Below are positions 60,080 through 64,000 of a stretch of DNA of 64,000 bases, in pieces (the stretch's first letter is position 1; every line of letters starts with the position of its first letter). Source of the stretch: a bacterium (GTDB lineage Bacteria; Electryoneota; JAOADG01); the NCBI GenBank assembly GCA_963681965.1, contig OY820579.1, positions 3,232,001-3,296,000 on the forward strand, in the 5' to 3' direction. A model generated the notes under the pieces. That model worked only from the letters and a program-made list of their open reading frames with translations, searched no databases and had not been told where the DNA came from. The position numbers were made by a program, and so were the translations under genes.

Positions 60080-62365
60080 TTACGGTGTTATTACTGCAAT
60101 TTTTCCACGAGACGTTTTCCCATCGGGAGCGGTTACGGTGATGTAATATACACCGCTGGCAACGCGTTGACCACTGCTATTCTTGCCATCCCAACCTACT
60201 CCGGCAGCTTCCAGAAATCCAAGTTTCCTGACCAGCAAACCGGAAACCGTAAAAATCCGGATATCGGCATCGGAAACCAATCCCGTTTCCCCGAATTTCA
60301 TGTATGCAGATCCATTGTTGATGTATGGATTGGGAATGGGAGTGATTGAACCCAGACTTTGACCCATTTGCCGAAATGGCGTTTTTAAAATCGAAATACC
60401 GTAATCGTTGACGATGAATAGTTCACCGGTGGAGTTGACAAATTGAATTTTTCCGATGTTGTTGCTGGATAAACCGGTGGGATTGGTAGCAGTGGATTTG
60501 TGAAATGAAGTAATCCAACTCTGTCCGTCGGCTGCCAATAACGCCAGACCATTATTCGTTCCAACCCAAATTTGTCCCATCGCATCGGTAGTGAGCGAGT
60601 TGACACTGGATACTGAAAATGGCAATGCCAATGAATAAAATGTCGTGCCAGTCAAGCTTTCACCGAGATGGGCATAATACAAATAACTACCCACAGCCAG
60701 ATACAGCGTTCCATCGCTGCTGCATGCCATCGATTCAACCGGTAAATCCGCCGGTAAACCTGCTTCAGTACTAAAATTTTTCCGGATATCGTCGGTGGTA
60801 TTCAGATAGGTACCGCGAAAATCATACGCAGTCAGTTTTTGCGAACCGATATTGGATGCTGCAAGCCAAACCCGATCCCAAGGGTCGATCGCCAATCGTG
60901 TGACATAGGGAATCGGAGTGTCTTGAAACGAACCAACACGGAGCCAGGGTCCATTTTCCCAACCCCGGGTCACTCCTGCACCTTCCGGTAACAAAACCAG
61001 CGTATTGCCATCGACCGCTTCTTGATTAACCGCAACAATGCGACCAGTCGAGAGAAAACCAATTGCCGAAATTGTCGATTCCGACCCGTTCCGACCACCG
61101 ATATGCCCGCCAGTGGCTGCGTAATGATCGAAGTATTGAATCGAATCGGGATAGATTACCGCCAGACCGCTACTCAGCGTTCCAACCCAAAAATTATTAT
61201 AGGGATCGGGAACAATTACCAAAGGATCCTGCCGGTATAAACCGGTATCGATGAGATCGCTGAACCGATTGTAGAATGACCACTCGTTATTCCTTCGAAT
61301 ATTTATTCCCAGCTCAGGGATGCCGCCACAGATCACGCCCACAGCCCCGTCGGTGCGTCGCGTTCCACCGCGCAAATTATAGTATAACGGAGTATTGGGA
61401 TTGTCGACCGTCCAACTCGAAGTTGCTTGATCGTAACTGGCATAAGAGGAAACCGAAGTCGTGGTAGAGGGGCAGTACGTATATATTTTTTGTGGAGCCG
61501 TTGCCAGCAAGCTGATCGGACGGCGAAGCCCAAACGGAGTTAAATTGCTCAATCGATAGATGTCGTTTGCCATCAAAAGGATCAGTGAGTCGTTAAAAGA
61601 TCCGACACGAGCGATCCACCCGCTGTAAATATTGTGCGCTACGGTATCGACGATACTGTAGCAGCCGCCGACATCGTTCGAAACAAAAATTGTATCGTGA
61701 AAATCAATGATATTGCGGACTTCCGGCATTAATCCGGAAATATTATGCCATCCCAAAGGAGTGATCAGCGAAGAATTGTTCCATAAGCCGTACGCCAATC
61801 CCTGATTTGTTGCCACCCAAATCGTATCGTGTTTGACTAATAAATCGTAAACGGTAGAATTTCTTGTGATCGATCCAAAACTGTGATAATTCTCTTTCAC
61901 AATCCAGTCGTTGAGATGGGTTGAAAAAGTCAATCTTGATATTCCCGAATTCGTAGAAACCAATAATTCGTTGCGATTCTCGCAGATCAGTTGGATCTCG
62001 TTGATTTCGGCATCGTTTCGAAAGGGATCCAGCCAATATCCCTCGTTGTTTTTTGGGTATAGATGTGCTATCGATTTATCACTGCACCCAACCCATACCC
62101 CACCATCTTTTGCAATCGATACTGTCGTTACGCCATTCGAGGTCAAGATGCCGTCGGCGACTGTCCACATACGATCCCCATCGGGTGTTCGGATCAACAA
62201 TCCACCGGGTGTGGCGACGTAAAGGGTATCTCCCGCAGTGGCAAATGGATTGTTATTGTACGACATCGCACTACTGAAGTGCGGAATGTTGCCTGAAGTG
62301 ACCGATTCCCAAGTAAATGCGTCCGCTTGAGGAACAAACAGAAGTAACAATAAGTAGGGAAGCAT
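60080..62365 (-). CDS. PorZ-like secreted double beta-propeller protein with a FlgD-Ig/T9SS C-terminal domain
   Basis: Signal peptide, propeller repeats (WVATNQGL, WVGTLSSGL, WVGTNNGL, GLSSNNI), and PNP...IFTVSGLLVR...WDGKNSSGQRVASGVY...GKIAVI; 761 aa. Confidence 0.72.
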   Translation of the reverse strand: MLPYLLLLLFVPQADAFTWESVTSGNIPHFSSAMSYNNNPFATAGDTLYVATPGGLLIRTPDGDRMWTVADGILTSNGVTTVSIAKDGGVWVGCSDKSIAHLYPKNNEGYWLDPFRNDAEINEIQLICENRNELLVSTNSGISRLTFSTHLNDWIVKENYHSFGSITRNSTVYDLLVKHDTIWVATNQGLAYGLWNNSSLITPLGWHNISGLMPEVRNIIDFHDTIFVSNDVGGCYSIVDTVAHNIYSGWIARVGSFNDSLILLMANDIYRLSNLTPFGLRRPISLLATAPQKIYTYCPSTTTSVSSYASYDQATSSWTVDNPNTPLYYNLRGGTRRTDGAVGVICGGIPELGINIRRNNEWSFYNRFSDLIDTGLYRQDPLVIVPDPYNNFWVGTLSSGLAVIYPDSIQYFDHYAATGGHIGGRNGSESTISAIGFLSTGRIVAVNQEAVDGNTLVLLPEGAGVTRGWENGPWLRVGSFQDTPIPYVTRLAIDPWDRVWLAASNIGSQKLTAYDFRGTYLNTTDDIRKNFSTEAGLPADLPVESMACSSDGTLYLAVGSYLYYAHLGESLTGTTFYSLALPFSVSSVNSLTTDAMGQIWVGTNNGLALLAADGQSWITSFHKSTATNPTGLSSNNIGKIQFVNSTGELFIVNDYGISILKTPFRQMGQSLGSITPIPNPYINNGSAYMKFGETGLVSDADIRIFTVSGLLVRKLGFLEAAGVGWDGKNSSGQRVASGVYYITVTAPDGKTSRGKIAVITP

Positions 62366-62556
62366 GGACGATCCTTATTGAGATGGAATACAAAATGAAC
62401 CAGGATAGCGAGAAATATCAAGAATACCAGTTGGTTCTCCAAATGATATTCTTTTAGTAATACGTCTAGTTAATTTGTTGGGTTTCGCAATGATTGACCA
62501 AGTAAAAATCCGGTTTTGTTCGAACAACCGCGAAACCCATCAAATCATACTTATCT

Positions 62557-62700
62557 GGATCATGAAAGTTTGTTGTCATCGCTAGCAGGGGCAGATCCCC
62601 GTGTCCGCCCGCAGGATTCATTTGTAGGTACTGTCACTCTTGTCGGTACCCGTTCGGCAAAACAAAACACTAACTCATGACAACTAATTTTCAAGAGATC
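62557..62700. repeat. Copy 4 of the TIR-bounded GTAG-REP element (best-preserved ends)
   Basis: CATGAAAGTTTGTTGTCAT at 62561 versus ATGACAACTAATTTTCAAG (62677-62695), a 16/19 inverted match; REP1 GCAGGGGCAGATCCCCGTGTCCGCCC; REP2 GTAGGTACTGTCACTCTTGTCGGTAC. Confidence 0.75.
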
Positions 62701-62713
62701 CAATTAATCGACG

Positions 62714-63205
62714 CTACTTGAGTTTTCCGTACAGATCGCTTAGCTCTAGCGCAGTGATCGCTGCATCCCAACCGCGATTGCCGGACTTCGTACCGGCACG
62801 GTCGACTGCTTGATCGACTGTATCGGTAGTCAGAATACCGTAAACTACCGGAATGGAACAATGCAATCCGATCTGGGCAATTCCCTTCGAGACTTCCGCC
62901 GCGACATAATCGAAATGCGGAGTATCGCCCCGAATGACCGCTCCCAAGCAGATCACTGCCGCGGGAGGTGTTAATCGCGCAACGACTTTACCGACAACTG
63001 CCGGAATTTCCCATGCACCCGGAACACGAATCAATTCGATATTCGATAATTCCGTGCCGTGTCGCGTAAGGCAATCGATGGCGCCCTCGATCAGTTTGGA
63101 AACGATGAAATCATTAAAGCGTGATGCAACGAGGGTAAAATGCTTACCGGATCCCTCGTAGCTGCCTTGAATAGTTTTTATCGAGGTCTGAGATTTTTCG
63201 CTCAT
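62714..63205 (-). CDS. ribH: 6,7-dimethyl-8-ribityllumazine synthase
   Basis: [34 protein letters not shown]. Confidence 0.97.
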   Translation of the reverse strand: MSEKSQTSIKTIQGSYEGSGKHFTLVASRFNDFIVSKLIEGAIDCLTRHGTELSNIELIRVPGAWEIPAVVGKVVARLTPPAAVICLGAVIRGDTPHFDYVAAEVSKGIAQIGLHCSIPVVYGILTTDTVDQAVDRAGTKSGNRGWDAAITALELSDLYGKLK

Positions 63206-64000
63206 GCTTTATCCTTTTCATTCGATAGAATCAGGTGTCCCAATTCATCGCGTTTCGTTCGTAAATATGTCAGATTGTTCTTATTCGGCACGATCTCGAT
63301 CGGTACGCGTTCGACAATTTCCAGTCCATGACCATTCAACCCAACAATCTTGCGTGGATTGTTCGTCATCAAGCGGATCTTCTTGATTCCCAGATCGACT
63401 AATATCTGTGCACCGATACCGTAATCGCGCAAATCGTCGGCAAAGCCTAGAATCCGATTTGCTTCCACAGTATCGTGTCCTTCTTCCTGCAATTTGTAAG
63501 CTTTTAATTTCGGACCCAGACCGATTCCGCGACCTTCTTGACGCATGTACAACAGCACGCCCTGTCCTTCACGCTCGATCCGCGACAATGCCGCTTCCAA
63601 TTGCGGTCCGCAATCGCAGCGTGCCGATCCGAACACGTCGCCGGTTAAGCACTCGCTGTGAACCCGCACCAGTACCGGTTCTTCGGTAACGACATTACCC
63701 TTCACCAACGCGACATGATCCTTGTGATCCAACAACGAAAGGTAATGATACAGTCGGAAATTACCGAGCTTCGTCGGGAGTTGTACTTCAACTTCACGCT
63801 TAATCAACTTTTCCGTCCTTCGTCGATATTCGATCAAATCGGCAACACTCACGATCTTTAGATCGAATTCTTTTGCAATTTTACTCAATTCCGGCAATCG
63901 CGCCATAGTGCCGTCTTCGGCGAGAATTTCACACAACACGCCGATCGGGCGAAATCCCGCCAGCTTGGCTAAATCGACGGTGGCTTCGGTGTGACCGGCG
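63202..64000 (-). CDS. ribBA: Bifunctional DHBP synthase / GTP cyclohydrolase II, 3' part; the start lies beyond the window
   Basis: [15 protein letters not shown]...LCEI (RibB) fused to [30 protein letters not shown] (RibA). Confidence 0.96.
   Translation of the reverse strand, partial: AGHTEATVDLAKLAGFRPIGVLCEILAEDGTMARLPELSKIAKEFDLKIVSVADLIEYRRRTEKLIKREVEVQLPTKLGNFRLYHYLSLLDHKDHVALVKGNVVTEEPVLVRVHSECLTGDVFGSARCDCGPQLEAALSRIEREGQGVLLYMRQEGRGIGLGPKLKAYKLQEEGHDTVEANRILGFADDLRDYGIGAQILVDLGIKKIRLMTNNPRKIVGLNGHGLEIVERVPIEIVPNKNNLTYLRTKRDELGHLILSNEKDKA

Noticed and set aside
62194-62442. 82-aa ORF with a hydrophobic N terminus upstream of the PorZ-like gene
   Set aside because: It overlaps the PorZ-like gene by about 170 bp in another frame, and that gene already has its own signal peptide.
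62480-62539. 10-bp inverted repeat TGGGTTTCGC...GCGAAACCCA (and a similar one at about 18754-18800)
   Set aside because: Single occurrences with long loops and no U-tract; no function can be supported.

Overview
Chromosomal window (core genes about 50% GC, clear Shine-Dalgarno sites) from what is probably an FCB-superphylum bacterium outside the Bacteroidota. This is inferred from five secreted proteins with T9SS/FlgD-Ig C-terminal sorting domains, C25 gingipain-like proteins, a PorZ-like protein and a DUF6029-TlpA pair. Most genes are minus-strand housekeeping genes: purM, priA, der, lepAB, tRNA-Gly, pyrRBC with a PyrR attenuator, hbd, ndk, korDABC, sucCD, arcC, rnhB, comEC, selA, ispG, maf, dtd, dnaE, murA, recN, ribH and ribBA. 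Highlights: (1) an AT-rich island at about 24.4-29.4 kb with a glycine-zipper lipoprotein split by an IS5 element, followed by three small 3-TM proteins, which looks like a decaying toxin-immunity locus; (2) four copies of a 145-210 bp intergenic element made of terminal inverted repeats enclosing two different GTAG-REP hairpins; (3) a P-loop protein coupled to carbamate kinase, probably ArcE arginine synthetase; (4) two C25 proteins lacking the gingipain catalytic His but sharing a TH(S/T)xxN motif; (5) selA embedded in a secreted-protease/TlpA/DUF6029 operon; (6) a DGGGP-synthase-like UbiA protein; (7) strong TCGA/ATCGAT enrichment. All calls come from reading motifs by eye; no database searches were run.
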